Both the position numbers and the translations under genes were made by a program. Positions 26,555-39,390 of a stretch of 64,000 nucleotides of DNA are shown one piece after another. The DNA is from Camelus ferus (lineage: Eukaryota), in the NCBI RefSeq assembly GCF_009834535.1, contig NC_045696.1:72914001-72978000 (forward strand), written 5' to 3'. The notes beneath the pieces were generated by a model. The model was not told where the DNA came from. It made no database searches and saw only the letters and a list, made by a program, of their open reading frames with translations. The number at the start of each line of letters is the position of its first letter. Within the stretch, counting starts at the first letter, position 1.

Positions 26555-27088
26555 CAGGACTGGCTACAGAATTTGTGGGACTGCAACAATCTGAATGAGT
26601 ACCCACAAAATTCACCTGTTGAAATCCTAATGCCTGATATGATGGTCTCAGGGGTGGAAATTTCAATAGGTAGTTAGGCCATGAGAGCAGAGCTAATCTC
26701 ATGAGTGAGATGAGATTAGCACCCTTGTTAGAGAGACCCTGGGAGATTCCTCGCCCCTTCCACCACATGGGGACACAACGAGAAATCTGCACCCCATAAG
26801 AGGGTCCCCACCTGACCATGCTGGCTTCCTGATCTCTTACTTCCAGCCCCCAGGACTGTGAGAAGTAAATTTCTCTTGTTTCTAAGCTACCCAATCTATC
26901 ATATTTGATTATAGCAGCTTCAACAGACTAAAACAGGGGCCCAGTGCAAAATTAAAATGTGGGCCCCTCGGGTGAAAATTATTAATAATTTAAGAGAGTG
27001 ACAGCAGAGCATTAAACTTAATACGGGCCCTTTTAAAGCACAGAGTATTTGGGGCTTCACCCGTCACACGCCCATGAAGCCAGCCCTG
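26555..27088 (-). mobile_element. MER45A (hAT-Tip100) MITE, split by a MaLR LTR
   Basis: Ends 'caggactggctacagaatttgtggg' and 'cacgcccatgaagccagccctg'. 8-bp TSD cacgtgag/tacctgag. Confidence 0.85.
26582..26934 (+). mobile_element. MaLR solo LTR (MLT1A-like) nested in MER45A
   Basis: TG..CA ends ('tgcaacaatctgaatg' to 'cagactaaaaca'), internal 'ttccagcccccaggactgtgagaagtaaatttctcttgtttctaagctaccca'. 5-bp TSD gggac/ggggc. Confidence 0.85.
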
Positions 27089-28854
27089 TACCTGAGGCTG
27101 AGCTACCGTCATTACCCACATCCTCCCTCCCTCCCAGGCTGCCGTCTGGCCCATCTGTCAGAGGCAGCAGCACACCAGCCTCAGCCTCTCCACAGACAGG
27201 GAATTTGAACCTTGTTCAGCTGCTTGTGCTAGTAAGTTAGATGCACCCCCTAAAATAGATCGGGAATGACTGTGGGCAAAGAACACCTCAAAATATGTTT
27301 CCATCACATTCTGAACCCCCAGCACCACCAACGTCACCCCAGCACCCTGACCAGGGATGGTGATGGGGACTAGGGAAATAGCGTGCTTGGCTCTGCCATT
27401 CCTGACTGACCAACCAAATAAAACCAGCTCTCTAAGAGTAGGTATCCTGCCCTTGCCACTCTGATGAACCATATTAAAGACGCAGGCAGGTAAGGAAGAG
27501 CCAGATGCGAGATAGAAACTATAAAGAATAAAGGGAAGACAGAACAGCAAACAGGGGATATTCAAGGAGTCCAGTATGGACACCTCGAATTTAAGTGACA
27601 GAGGAAGACATTCAGACCTTCCCAATGCAACATCACTGCAGAGCGCAAGAACATCTTTGGCTTCTGGAAACTCTGCTGAGCCAACTCAAGTACTCTATTC
27701 TTTGTCTCCACAGATGGGAATCTGTGCCTGAATTTCTTCCTTTCCCCAGTCTTTCCAGTCTCCAGGCTTATGATCTAACTTTTAGAGGTACTTAATGAAC
27801 TTGGCTTTTTTCCTCAACTATATATCCTTGAAGTCTTACATTAGTCAGAGAAAGTATCTTGCCCACCTGAGGTGCTAAATAAATATTTGTTTTAGAAATT
27901 AAAAAAAAAAAAAAAGGGTAAAGGGGCAGTAGTCCAGTATCTGAGCTCATGGGAGCTGGAGATGACAGTGGTGCCCCAGAAAGAATTCTCTCTTTGAACC
28001 CAGGGCCAGTTTGGGGTAAGCCAAGTCTAAGGAGTGCTAGTGTGAAACTCAACACTCTATATGGCCACAGGCTAAATGACTGCTCCTCCCACCCCTCTGG
28101 CCATCTCACTGAGGCTACTGTTCTTTTCAAAGGGAAGATAATGACATGTTGATGGCTACTTACAAAAGTCCTAAAACACCAATCTCAGAGGTGGTGGCCA
28201 TTGATAAAATACCCCAAAGCAGGGGCAAGAAAGTCTTTGAAAGCTTGTGGAACAGCACAGGGTGGTAATGACAACTCTGCTTATGACCTAGGACAGCATG
28301 TTAAAGGCCAACAAATAATAAAATCAGCACTGGGGTCATTCAAGATGAGAGGGTGCACCAAGTTGGGGGCAAACACTTACTCTTTGACTATTGAAGGCCA
28401 GGTTGTGGTGTCCTTGAGGGCAGGGCTCACATCTGCCTTGTTCCTTGAAGAGTTCCGAGGGTCTAACGCAATTGCTTAATAAACGTGGGACGACAGAAGG
28501 AAAGGAAGACATTCTGAAAGGAAAGACGAGACGAGTTTAGAAGGCACAACTGCAAGTTTCCTTCCTTTGTTGTTTTTATTGATTTCCAAAAATAGATGAT
28601 GGCATTTGTAAATTCTTTGTGGAGTTGTACGTCAGAGGTTTACACATACCGCACTTCACTTGATCTCTTAGGAACTTGGGTGCCATGGCTGTCACCTAAA
28701 GTCCAGAATTGAGTGTCAGCATTTGATTTTCCCTTTATCATCTCCCAGCCACCTAAACAACTGCAGTGTCGCAGGCAGTACCCAGCCTGATGATGGCTCC
28801 TGTGCCTGGGGGTAGTCAGCCAGGAAGCCCTGACTATCATTTGCTGTGAGGCAT

Positions 28855-29665
28855 TCTTTTTTAAATAAGCTTTTCATTTGGGGTAAATTTTAGATTTGTA
28901 GAAAAGTGACAAAAATAGTAGAGAGTTCTCATATATTCTTCATCTAGTTTCCCATAATGTTAACATCCTGTATAGCTATGGGACATTTATCAAAACTAAG
29001 ACATTAATGTTGGTACATTAGTGTTAACTAAAATCCAAAATTTACTCAGGTTTCACCAGCTTTTCCGCTAATGTCTTTTTTAAAATAATAATTAATAAAC
29101 TATTTTGGAGGGGGACAGTTTTATATTTAGAGAAAAACTGAGCAAGTAGTACAAGTCCTACATAACCCAGCCCAGCCCAGCCCAGCCCCTCCACACCTTG
29201 CACACAGCTTCCCCTATTATTAGCACCTTGTATTTGTGTGGTACATTAGTTAAAATAATGAGCTAATATCGATACACTAGTATCAACTAAAGTTTATAGT
29301 TTGCATTAAGATTCACTCTGTGTTGTACACTTTTATGAGTTTTGACAGAATGACTAGTGACATTTGTCTGCCACTACCATAAAATACAGAATAATTTCAC
29401 TGCCCTAAAGATGCCCTGTGCTTCACTATTCATGCCTCCCCTCTCTCTCCCAGAACATCTGACAACCATTGATCTTTTATTGTCTCTTTAGTTTTGCTTT
29501 TTCTGCAGTCCCATAGAGTTGGAGTCATACGGTATGTATAGCTTTTTTAGATTGGTTTCTTTCACTTAGCAATGTGCATTTAAGATTCTCCCATATCTTT
29601 TCATGGTTTGACTGATGTCTTTTTTTCAGTTCCAGGATCCAATTCAGGGTACTACATTTAGCACT
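28855..29665 (-). mobile_element. L1MC-type 3' end interrupted by an L1MB-type 3' end (about 29082-29610)
   Basis: Two distinct old-L1 3' UTR sequences. The inner one is flanked by ctaatgtctttttt / ctgatgtctttttt. Confidence 0.75.
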
Positions 29666-30654
29666 TTTAACACTCCCTTTTCTATGGTCAGGATTTGTTT
29701 CAAAGCAAGAGATTCAGTTTAGTGTCCTTTGACATTTTTCCACACTTAATATTATATTTATTTCTCTAACAAATATTAATTGAGCTCTTATTATGTGCCA
29801 GGCATTGTCTTAAGCAAGGAATGCACAGATATGAACAAGCTGTAAAAGATCTTTGCTCCCCTAGTAATTCCTAAAATTACTATTGAAGGCTGCATATTAT
29901 TCCATTTTATCAATCTATTTGGAACAGATCATCTCCAAATTTTGCTTATTTTTAATAATACTGCAATGAATACAAATCCTCCGCTATCATTCATTATGTC
30001 TTAGGAGACAGCACTAAAAGTGCGTGAGGTAGCCATGTTTAAGGTATTTAACAGATGGTGCCGTATTCCTGATCAGAAAGGATGTAGCTCTTGACACTCC
30101 TTCCAGTCATGAAAGTTCCTGTCTCATCTTACATCTTCTCCCCACTCTCGGCGGTCAGCCCTCAGTTTGCTTGCCCTTTTCCAACGCAAGCAATCCAAGC
30201 AGTCAGCCTCCAGTCCCAAGCTGGCCTCTTGGCTCTAGACTGAGTCATACAATCTACCGCCCACCAAAACTCCTTTCTCTGGGTGTGTGCTGAACATGCA
30301 TGTCTCACTTTTTAGTATTCCATTCCATCAAGGACCTGCACTTAACTCCTTTCAGCCCAGGCCCCTCACTGTAAAATTGGCACATGCTAATGACGAAGGC
30401 AAACCTTTACATAGGGTTTGCATGTCTACAGCAATTAATTGCTCCCAAGTGACCAAGATGTATTTCTATGACCCCAGCAGGTGATGCCAGACTATGAAAA
30501 GTATGTAAACTGAGGGCAATTTTTGTGATTCATCTCAAAACCCACAGTCTTTTTAACTCTTTAATATGTTAGCATGTCCTTATGAGTACATACCTAAAAG
30601 ACAGTGCATCATTCTGAAATGCTCATTGTCTTCACCTTTCTGAACACAGTAATA

Positions 30655-31110
30655 TGTATAGGAAATAGTATGGGCTTTGGAAGCAGACCCACCTAGGTTT
30701 AAAAATCAGTGCTACCATTTGCTAATCACGTGACCTTGAGCAAGTGACATAACCTCTTTGAGTCGAGATTCCTCATCTCTAAAATTGGGGTATTAAGAAG
30801 AGCTAACCCTTGGAGAGAGTTTTCCATGTGCCAGACACGATTTGATCCTCATATTACAACTTTATAATGCAAGTTCAATTATTATTGAACATTCTCATTT
30901 TACAGAGAAGCAAACTAAGGCACAGAGAGGGTAAGACACCTGCCCAAGGTCATGCAGCTAGTGAGTAGCAAAGCTGGGATTCAACTTGGGGAAACTGGCT
31001 CCCAAGTCTAAATTCTTAACCCTCACATACATGTATTCTTGCTGATACTGCATGAGATAATTATGATGATTAAATGAAACAACCTGTATTAAGGATCTGT
31101 TGTGCAGTGA
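30655..31110. mobile_element. MIR with an opposite-orientation MIR nested inside
   Basis: + MIR 'gggctttggaagcagac...gtgaccttgagcaagtgacataacctctttgag' resumes at 'ttatgatgattaaatga' after a - MIR 'ctcattttacagagaagcaaactaaggcacagagagggtaag'. Confidence 0.75.
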
Positions 31111-34057
31111 GCATGGCACATATATTTATACTCTCTCTTTCCCACTCCTGTCATAACATTGTTATCTCTTGTCCTGGGTACTCAAATCTCAGCCAAACAG
31201 ATACAGTGCAAACAGACCATTCCGCTTCTGGATCAGACACAGCTCACCACATGGAGGAACTTAGAGCAGTTTGGCGTTCCTAGTGGGAAGCCTGAGCAGG
31301 GAGAGGGGAGACTGTTTTGATGGGTGGGAGTGTGGGCGTGGAGGGCTTTGAGTGTCCATAGGGAGGCAGTATAATGTAGGGTAAAGAAATGTGGGCTTTG
31401 GAAGCAGCTGGGTTCGAATCCCAGCTCTGTCTACCTCATAGGGTGGTTGAGAGGATTAAGTGAGATATGGTGAAAATGACGCTTGCCACACTTTCTGCTG
31501 TTAAATTCATTCATACTCACACAATTGGAAGCAGCCTAGATAGAAGTAAGACTAATCTCAGAGTGAACAAGTTAAAAAATACACAGTTCTGTCTTAGATT
31601 TAGTCAGCAAATGGGTTGCATCTGGCGCTGTTGACGCCAAGCTGCACGGAAGGTCTGCTGGGGTCTGAGAACAGGCAAGCCTTTGGGAATGAGGGGAGGA
31701 GGGAGGCTGGAGAATGTGGTAGGTGATGGTATGTCCATCCCTAAAGCACTGTGCTTATTCAGGCTTCACCAAAACCTGGATGAAATAACCCTCATGATTC
31801 TCAACCATTAATTGCTCAGAATCTATATTCATCAAGCAGTCTTCCAATTAACACTTAGATCCCCAAGACTGTCCAGGTAGAGTGCACAGAAATATTCTGG
31901 CCCTAGAAAAAAATAGATCTCCATTATAAACATTATAGAAATTAATCTTATATGGATTAGAGCTATTGCTGCCCAGAAGGCAGAATAATCCTTATTCTCC
32001 TTTTGATTCATCAGGAACATTTTTGGAAACCCTGCCTTGAATCTCTGACTGCCTGAGTACCTACTGTGTGCCAGGCATGAGCTTAGCACAGTGAGGAATT
32101 CAACACTGAAATGACACGGTCCCTGCTGAAACAACTTAAAATCTAGTGGAGATGATAAAGCAAATATACCAAGAACTAAAATAAGGCACAAGTTGGACAA
32201 AATGCTATCTCATTATCACCTTGAAAAACCCCCAAGGCCAAGTCCAGGCCTCCTAGTTCTATTCAATTTAAGGAAGTGATAATGAGGAGAAAATTTTCTT
32301 GCCCATTAAAAGGATTCTTAACGTGTAGACCAAGATTAGCTGCTAAATGGTGGAATTTTACCTTTCAAGTTACATAGTTAATACATGTTACCTTTTATGA
32401 TATATTCTTTACAAAGACTATTTCTATGAGAGGAGAAATGCATACATAGGGAAGCAGAAGCATAATTTATTTATAGAGAAAGAAAGGGCCAGAGGAGCTG
32501 ACGGCAAAAGCCATTCATCCTCACAGTGACGAGTGAATCCACGGGCACAACTCAGTGGCTCCCACACGAGCCAGTGCTGGCCTGGCTGCTGACAGTGAGG
32601 GTCTGCACTAGCCCACCACCCACCCTCACACATGGACCACCCCTACCCCCAACACAATCATGCTCCCCACCTTTGCCTGTAACACCCTACCCTGCCTTCT
32701 CAGCCCAGACTCAAATCCTGCCCCTGCGTGAAGCTCTTCCTGCCATCAGCTAGTCGAAGGCATGCCCTCCTCTTCCGAATTCCCACATGTGTTATCTCAA
32801 AGGCCTTAATGGCATTTCTTACATTTTGTCCTTCAGGTGGCTATGATGTAACAAAAAGAATATCAGAAATTGATTCAGAAAACCTGGGTTGGAAATCAGA
32901 TCTTATCACCAACTAACTGTAGAACTGTAGGAAAGTCATAATCCCCCATCTCAACAAATGGAGAAATTGTGTCCACTTTAGAGGGTGACCAGGACTTTTC
33001 AGTGAGGTGGTTTATGATAGTGGTGAGCCGAACAAAATAACCTAGCAGGAGAGCAAAGGATGTGCACTTCATCAAAGATGGTTTCAAAGGGAAGAATCTA
33101 GTTTAGAAAGAGGAAGAGGAAGATAGTTTGATAGAAAGATTCACAGAGGGAGTACTAAACTCTTCTAGTGGTAGGAGAAGATTCTAGAAGCAAAATGAAA
33201 ATAACAAATGTCCCTTATGTTTATGACAGTGGCCAGAAAGAATTACAGAGCTGAGAAAAGTATAGGGATATGTGTTAATAAACTAAGTCATATTTTAATT
33301 TGAATATATAAATAAATGAGACTTTGGATCAAGAAAAATAACCTCAACATGGATCCCAACCAGAATCTTTAGTCCATTCTGCAGACGAGACACCTGGGTT
33401 TCCCAGAGCCTTTTTATTAGAACTGAACTTAGGCACTTGTTCAGTAGGAACTACTTAAATATAATCCAAAGGCTGAGAATAATGTACTGGGGAAAACACC
33501 AGCCTGAGAATCAGGGGACCCGAGTTCCTTTTTTTTTTTTTTTTTTTTTTGTCATTAACGTTGATGAAGCAGCCTTGGGAGAGTCTCTGGGCCTCTGAGT
33601 CTTCATTCTATAAAGAAACCGAGCCACGAGTGTCTTCTCAGGGCCCCTCTGGCCCTGTGCTTCTCCGACAGCTATCAAATCAACACAGCTGAAGAGGCCA
33701 GTCATATGCCAAGGTGAAAGCCATTCTGCTCACAGTCCCACCTTGAAGCCTTGAATTGTGAAACCTCCATCCCACTCGAAGCATTCAGCCAATCCGGTGC
33801 TGGGCATGATGGCTAGGCACAGGTCCTCCAGGAGCAGATCAGGATGACCCAAAAAGAAAAAAACAGCTGGAGAATCAGAAAATCAGATAATCTTAAAACT
33901 GAAAGGAATTTCTAGATTATCTGGTTCTAGTTCTTTCTTGTTCAGAGAAGGAAACCAAACATCACAACAGTCAGAAGTCCATTTCCGAAGAATGCACAGA
34001 TAGAGGAAGATCCAGGAAGTACTGGTGGGAAGAGCACTGGACTGGGAGTCCCTGCGG

Positions 34058-34090
34058 TGCAGGGACCAATCGTGCCACTAGGGGTCGGCA
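34058..34090 (+). promoter_or_regulatory. Candidate CTCF site (core plus upstream motif)
   Basis: TGCAG (34058) followed 12 nt later by CCACTAGGGGTCGG (34075-34088), in a locally CpG-rich patch. Confidence 0.5.
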
Positions 34091-34492
34091 GCCGTGTCTC
34101 CAGCCTCAGTCTGTCCTTCCGAGAAATTATAGCTCAACTATGGCTTCCGCCACCCTAACATTCTCTACAGTCGTGGAGCTGAGACCGGAATCCAGGCCTT
34201 CTGACCCTCGGCCCTGTCCCACCAAAAAGAAATACGGACGCTGCAAAAATACCCCCAATTAAATGCAAAGATCTGGGAAGACAAGAGGCATGGTAGAAAC
34301 CACCTTGTCCTGAAGCCCATTCACACCCCGGGAGACTCATCTAAGAATTGGTTTATGTGTTTCTCAAAATACTCTACCTGGGCATGGGAAGACCTTTACT
34401 CATACACTCATTCAGAAATGTGTAATTTTTGAAGGTAGGAAATAAAATTAATTGACAGTGTTCAAATTCAGAAGGCAAAAAGTTATATGCAG

Positions 34493-34699
34493 GCAGAGGC
34501 TGTTTACAATAAAGCTGATAAAGTTTCAGCTCTGAGTCCTTTACTGGGGGGGCCCTTCCAAGACACTGGAAGGGCCCTAGCAATGGCTTCACCTGGGCAT
34601 ATGATTGTATAAAATTTGCAGAAGTCAGATATTTTTGAATTACCGTTCTTTAAGAGGACAATAAATCTCAGGCCCCATAAAACCTGTATCCACTCCTAT
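34493..34699 (+). mobile_element. MER115-like hAT-Tip100 MITE (internally deleted)
   Basis: 'cagaggctgtttacaataaagctgataaag...gggccctagcaatggcttcacctgggcatatg...tcaggccccataaaacctgtatccactcct'. Confidence 0.65.
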
Positions 34700-35812
34700 C
34701 TTCAGGGCTGAATGTCTTTCCTTCTCTTTCTCTTCCCTGCTCGTCTCTCCTTCCTTTTTATCTAGGACTGGAAAAAGGAAAAGTTGTTTGTTTGTTTTTA
34801 AATGAAAAGAAATTTACAACTTATGATATCAAGCCTGAGCAATTAAAAATAAGAACATGTAAAGAGCAGACTGAGTGAAGCCGTCACAGTGCCCTCAAAC
34901 GAGGCAGGTAGCAGGAGTTCCCCTACCAGGGCGGTGATGTTTGCTTTTTGAAAATATATTGTGTTTAAAACTTGGACTCTGTTTCATCTCAAAAGTTTCA
35001 GCCATTTAGATTGATTTGACACAATGGTGACTGATCAAATGTTTCAAACAACCTGTTTGGCCAATTTAAAAATTTAATTTTTTTTTTATTAACTTATCTG
35101 TTCTCCTCAGTTAAGTCAAATCAAAATCAACCCATTTGCTGACATGGTCACAAGTTCATTTGTGGGTGAGATTTTTTAAGTTACTGTTAGAAGAACCCCA
35201 GAGGAGGGTCCATTTAACTTTTAATCTCTTCTACCATGGGACAGAAGAGGCCAATTCCAACTTCTAAGCTTTATTAACTAGAACCTACCAGCTGGGGATT
35301 TTTACTTTGTAGTGGGTGAAAATGTTTTTTACAAGAAGGGCATTTTGTTGTGTTCTGTGCCACATAAACACTCTACTTGTGACTCGTCTGGCCCCTTGAG
35401 ACGTGTGTCTGATGGAGGAAATAGGGTGTGTGAAATTGTGAGGGTAATTGAATTATGTAGCTGTTACCAGATGCCTCTGCCCAGCACCACCCTGAATTTT
35501 TACATGCAGCTCCACAGATTTCTGAGTTCTGCCTTTAAAACAGAAATCTCTGTGAAGAAACAGCAGGTATTTCAAGACCTTCGGCCTGAGCAAAAAAGGA
35601 AAAGTCAGATATTATAAGTATGAGTCATAGTGAAGCCAAATGGAGACCCTGAAGATCCTCTCACTGGCTGACACACAGTGACATCCCAGGAACGGAGAAT
35701 GCTTGCTCCTTTCTTTCTGGGCACAGACATTTGTCATTCCGGGTGGAAGAGGTCAGCCTAAAAGACAGGATGATTCAGTAAAACATCACTTTCCTCTCAA
35801 GATTCTAACATG

Positions 35813-35930
35813 CAGTGTTTCCCAAACTTGCCAGATAAGAATTATCTGAGGCAGTTGAGCAGATTTCCAGGCCTTAGGTGGAGTCCAGGAATCTGTGCGT
35901 TCAGCAGGCATCCCAGGTGATTCTTATCAC
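35813..35930. mobile_element. MER5A-like hAT-Charlie MITE
   Basis: 'cagtgtttcccaaactt...ccaggaatctgtgcgttcagcaggcatcccaggtgattctta'. Confidence 0.65.
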
Positions 35931-38171
35931 CACCACAAAGCCAAGGTTCAGAGTGGCCCCAGAGTCATCACATTATTGGAATAAATACAGCAGTCACAGG
36001 GAAATGTACTTTAACCTGTACACAGCTGAGAAGCCACTGGGATTCATGGCTTAGAATTTCATCTTCAAGCCAAGATGTTAAACATATCAATGAATGTGCA
36101 TTCCTTATTATCACCCATAATGGTTTTATTCTTCGTGTCTTAGGGGAATGCCATATGCCCGGAGTTCCTGGCAGCCGAAAACCAAACTATTAACAGAATA
36201 AATTACTTCAAATTAGACATGTGCTGCTGAGCTATCCTAAGATATTTGGAATATTAACACTCTCAGACCTGGCCAGGGATCATTAATAGCATTGCCCTCG
36301 GAGCGTATTGTTTGAATGAAAAGCTTCAGAATCTGCTTTCAACTGCCCCAGTCTTAGAATCTTCATCATCCTGCAAAGAAAGCAAGAGGTTGGTCTTGCC
36401 AGCTCTTCAAAGCTTTCTCTGTGATACCTGCAGTCAGAAAAACAGCTCACTTTGGGGACAGTGCCAGCACCCTGGCTGCCTCCTCCCCGTGCCTGCCAGA
36501 GCAGGTAGTGCCGGTCCCAGCGAGACCCAGACAGCTGAAAAACGCAAGGAATTTAGAGAAGGGTCCTGTCACTGCCCAGGGGAAGGAAAAGACTCACTTC
36601 CTCCTCCCCAGGGATGCCCTCCAACTAAGAAGAGCTGCCAAGACCCAAGGTCAAGCTCATCACACACAGGAATGGTGGGAAGAATCCCAGAATTATGAAT
36701 AAAATATAAACCTGTGACAAAGTGCCTCCTTACTGTCAGGCAGCAGTCCCTCTCACATGCTGCTAATATGTCAGGGTTCTGTTTCCTGAACACAAGTGTC
36801 CTGCTTTGTTAGTATTATCATTATCATTACTAGTCTTAATTTTTAAGATGACACATTCACATGTTCAAAACAAACAAGATACAAAGGGAAAAGCCTCACG
36901 TCTATCCTTGTCTTCCATCTGCCTAGTTTCCTCCCTCTGGCCCAAACATTACCACCATGTGTAGCTTCTTGTATGTTCTTCCAGAATTTATGCAAAAACA
37001 GGCAAATACAAATACAGATTCAGATCTTCCTGTGCCTTTTCTCACCCAACAAATGTTCCTTAGAACTCTTTCCATATTGGTACAAAGAGACTGAGCGGCT
37101 TTGTTCCTGTGTACAGCTGCATAGTATTCGATCACAGGATGCACCAATTTATGATGAAACTATTTGTTTTCAGTCTGTTTTCCAACAGTGAAATAAATGG
37201 CTTTGTTTCAGATACCTTGAAAGTAAATAAAACCAGAAACGCCAAGAGGGTCAGTGAAGTTGTCCATGCAGAATTTCTGGAGATGCTCAGATGGATGTGA
37301 GTTAAAAAATACATCCCGTTCCATATAATTACAAAAGATTATTTACTATGTCATGTTACAGGATAAGAGCAGCCTGAGAGCATCTGAGAGAAATTAGAAA
37401 AGAATGTGGACTCAAATCTGGGTTAATTAAGGCAAAGAAAGGCAAAAGAAGAGAGACGGACGACCAGCTTTGCTTCTGTAACTCCCTTTCAGTTTTGTCA
37501 AACTCCTCTCAATTCTTGGAGAGACCAAGCTTGTTCGAAAAGCCTCCTTCAGAGCGTGGACTCAAGTGGTCTAATTAGGAGGGGAAGCAGAGAGGTGGGG
37601 TAAAGGGAAGGCCAGAAGGAAGACAAGGGGGACCAGGAGAGCAATTTCCGTGTGTTTTCACTCTAAGAAGCTCAACTATTTCAAAAGTAGTGTTTTCATG
37701 GTATTTCTCCCAGGCTGTGATTTTTCTAAAGGAAAACTTTCAGTTTATGACTCAATGTCTTTGGCCACAACAATGTTTAAAGGTACATCTGTTTGTTCTG
37801 ACACCAAGCCTTGAACTTGAGACTTGTAGATGTCTGTAATGTCCCCTTCTAGGGTTTTCTTCTCAGAAGAGGTCAAAACAAGAGGTTTTGTCTCTGACTT
37901 AAAATTTACTGATATATCTCTATTTCAAAGTCATTTTAAACTTCAAAATATAAAAGTTCCAAATATTTCTAAGAAGTTGGGAGAACTTTAACATGATCCC
38001 CACCTTTGTACTCTATCTGATGTTCAGTGACCTATGATGTTAACTACATTTAGCCAAAATTAAATGAACATACTCAGATGCTAATTATAAGAATATAATC
38101 TGGTACCACACTTCTGGAGGGCAATTTGGCACTGTATAGATAAACCTGTAAAAAAAATTTGCATTCCTCTT

Positions 38172-38519
38172 TAATTTTATTTTTTATTTATTTATTTTTA
38201 TTGAAGTACAGTCAGTTACAATGTGTCAGTTTCTGGTGATACATGCACCCCAATGTTCATAGCAGCACTATATACAATAGCAGAGACATGGAAACAACCT
38301 AAATGTCCATCAGCAGAGGACTGGATAAAGAAGCTGTGGTATATTTATACAATGGAATACTATTCAGCCATAAAAAACAATAAAATAATGCCAGTTGCAG
38401 CAACATGAATGGACATAGACATTGTCATTCTAAGTGAAATAAACCAGAAAGAGAAAGAAAAATACCATATCACTTATATGTGGAATCTAAAAAATAAAAA
38501 GGACACTGTGAACTCATCC
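38172..38519. mobile_element. Young L1 with 5' inversion: short minus-strand tail plus plus-strand ORF2 C-terminus
   Basis: 'ttgaagtacagtcagttacaatgtgtcagtttctggtg' joined to an inverted segment translating as [45 protein letters not shown] (L1 ORF2 C-terminus). Confidence 0.9.
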
Positions 38520-38524
38520 ACATT

Positions 38525-38865
38525 CTTTTTTAAACTGAGGTATAACTGATTTACAATACTATATTAGTTTCAAGTGTACAGCATGGTGATTCACAATTTT
38601 TAAAGATTATCCTCCATTTATAGTTATTATAAATACCAGCTATATTCCCTGTGCTGTGCGATATATCCTTGTAACTTATTTATTTTATACATAATAGTTT
38701 GTACCTTTTAATCCTCTACCCCTATCACGCCCCTCCCCTTTTCCCACTCCCACTGGTAACCACTAGTTTGTTTTCTGTATCTGCAAGTCTGTTTCTGTTT
38801 TGTTATATTCATTCATTTGTTTTGTTTTTTAGATTCCACATATAAATGATACCATATAGTATTTG
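38525..38865 (-). mobile_element. Intermediate-age L1 3' end (laurasiatherian/artiodactyl type)
   Basis: 'actgaggtataactgatttacaatactatattagttttcaagtgtacagcatggtgattca...ttttagattccacatataaatgataccatatagtatttgt'. Confidence 0.85.
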
Positions 38866-38965
38866 TATTCATTCTTAGGCTCGGAAGTTGCATTTCTGAG
38901 AGTCTATACTAAGGAAAAGTTATACTTTCACTGTAGGAATGAAAAGCTGCGGGAGACTGGATTTA

Positions 38966-39290
38966 GCAGGTGTTCTCAAATGGTTTGGTCTCAGGACCCC
39001 TTTACGCTAACAAATTATGGAGTGCACCGCTGAGCTTGTATTTGCGTTGAATCTATTAATATTTGCTATATTCGAAATTTAAACTGAGAAACTGAAACTC
39101 AAACAATGGCTCAAGGGCTCTTCCTCCAGATGTTCACCATGACTTCAGTCTGCAGCAGAAGTGCCTCATGAGTACTTCTTATTTCATCACCCAGCATACT
39201 AATAGGACGTGCACTCATGGGCTGAAATTTCATAAAATTAATAATTCAGTACTTTATTAAACCACTAGTTAAAGGATTATTTAAATAAAT
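38966..39290 (-). mobile_element. Charlie1-family hAT transposon fragments
   Basis: Terminal 'gttctcaaatggtttggtctcaggacccctttac...aaactgagaaa' and internal 'cactcatgggctgaaatttcataaaattaataatt'. Confidence 0.7.
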
Positions 39291-39390
39291 GATGGTTAAC
39301 TGTCATTTAATTATTTTTTATTTTAATTATTATTTATCATTTAATTATTATTCATTTACTAATTATTCTTATTTGGTAAGTGTTAGTTAT

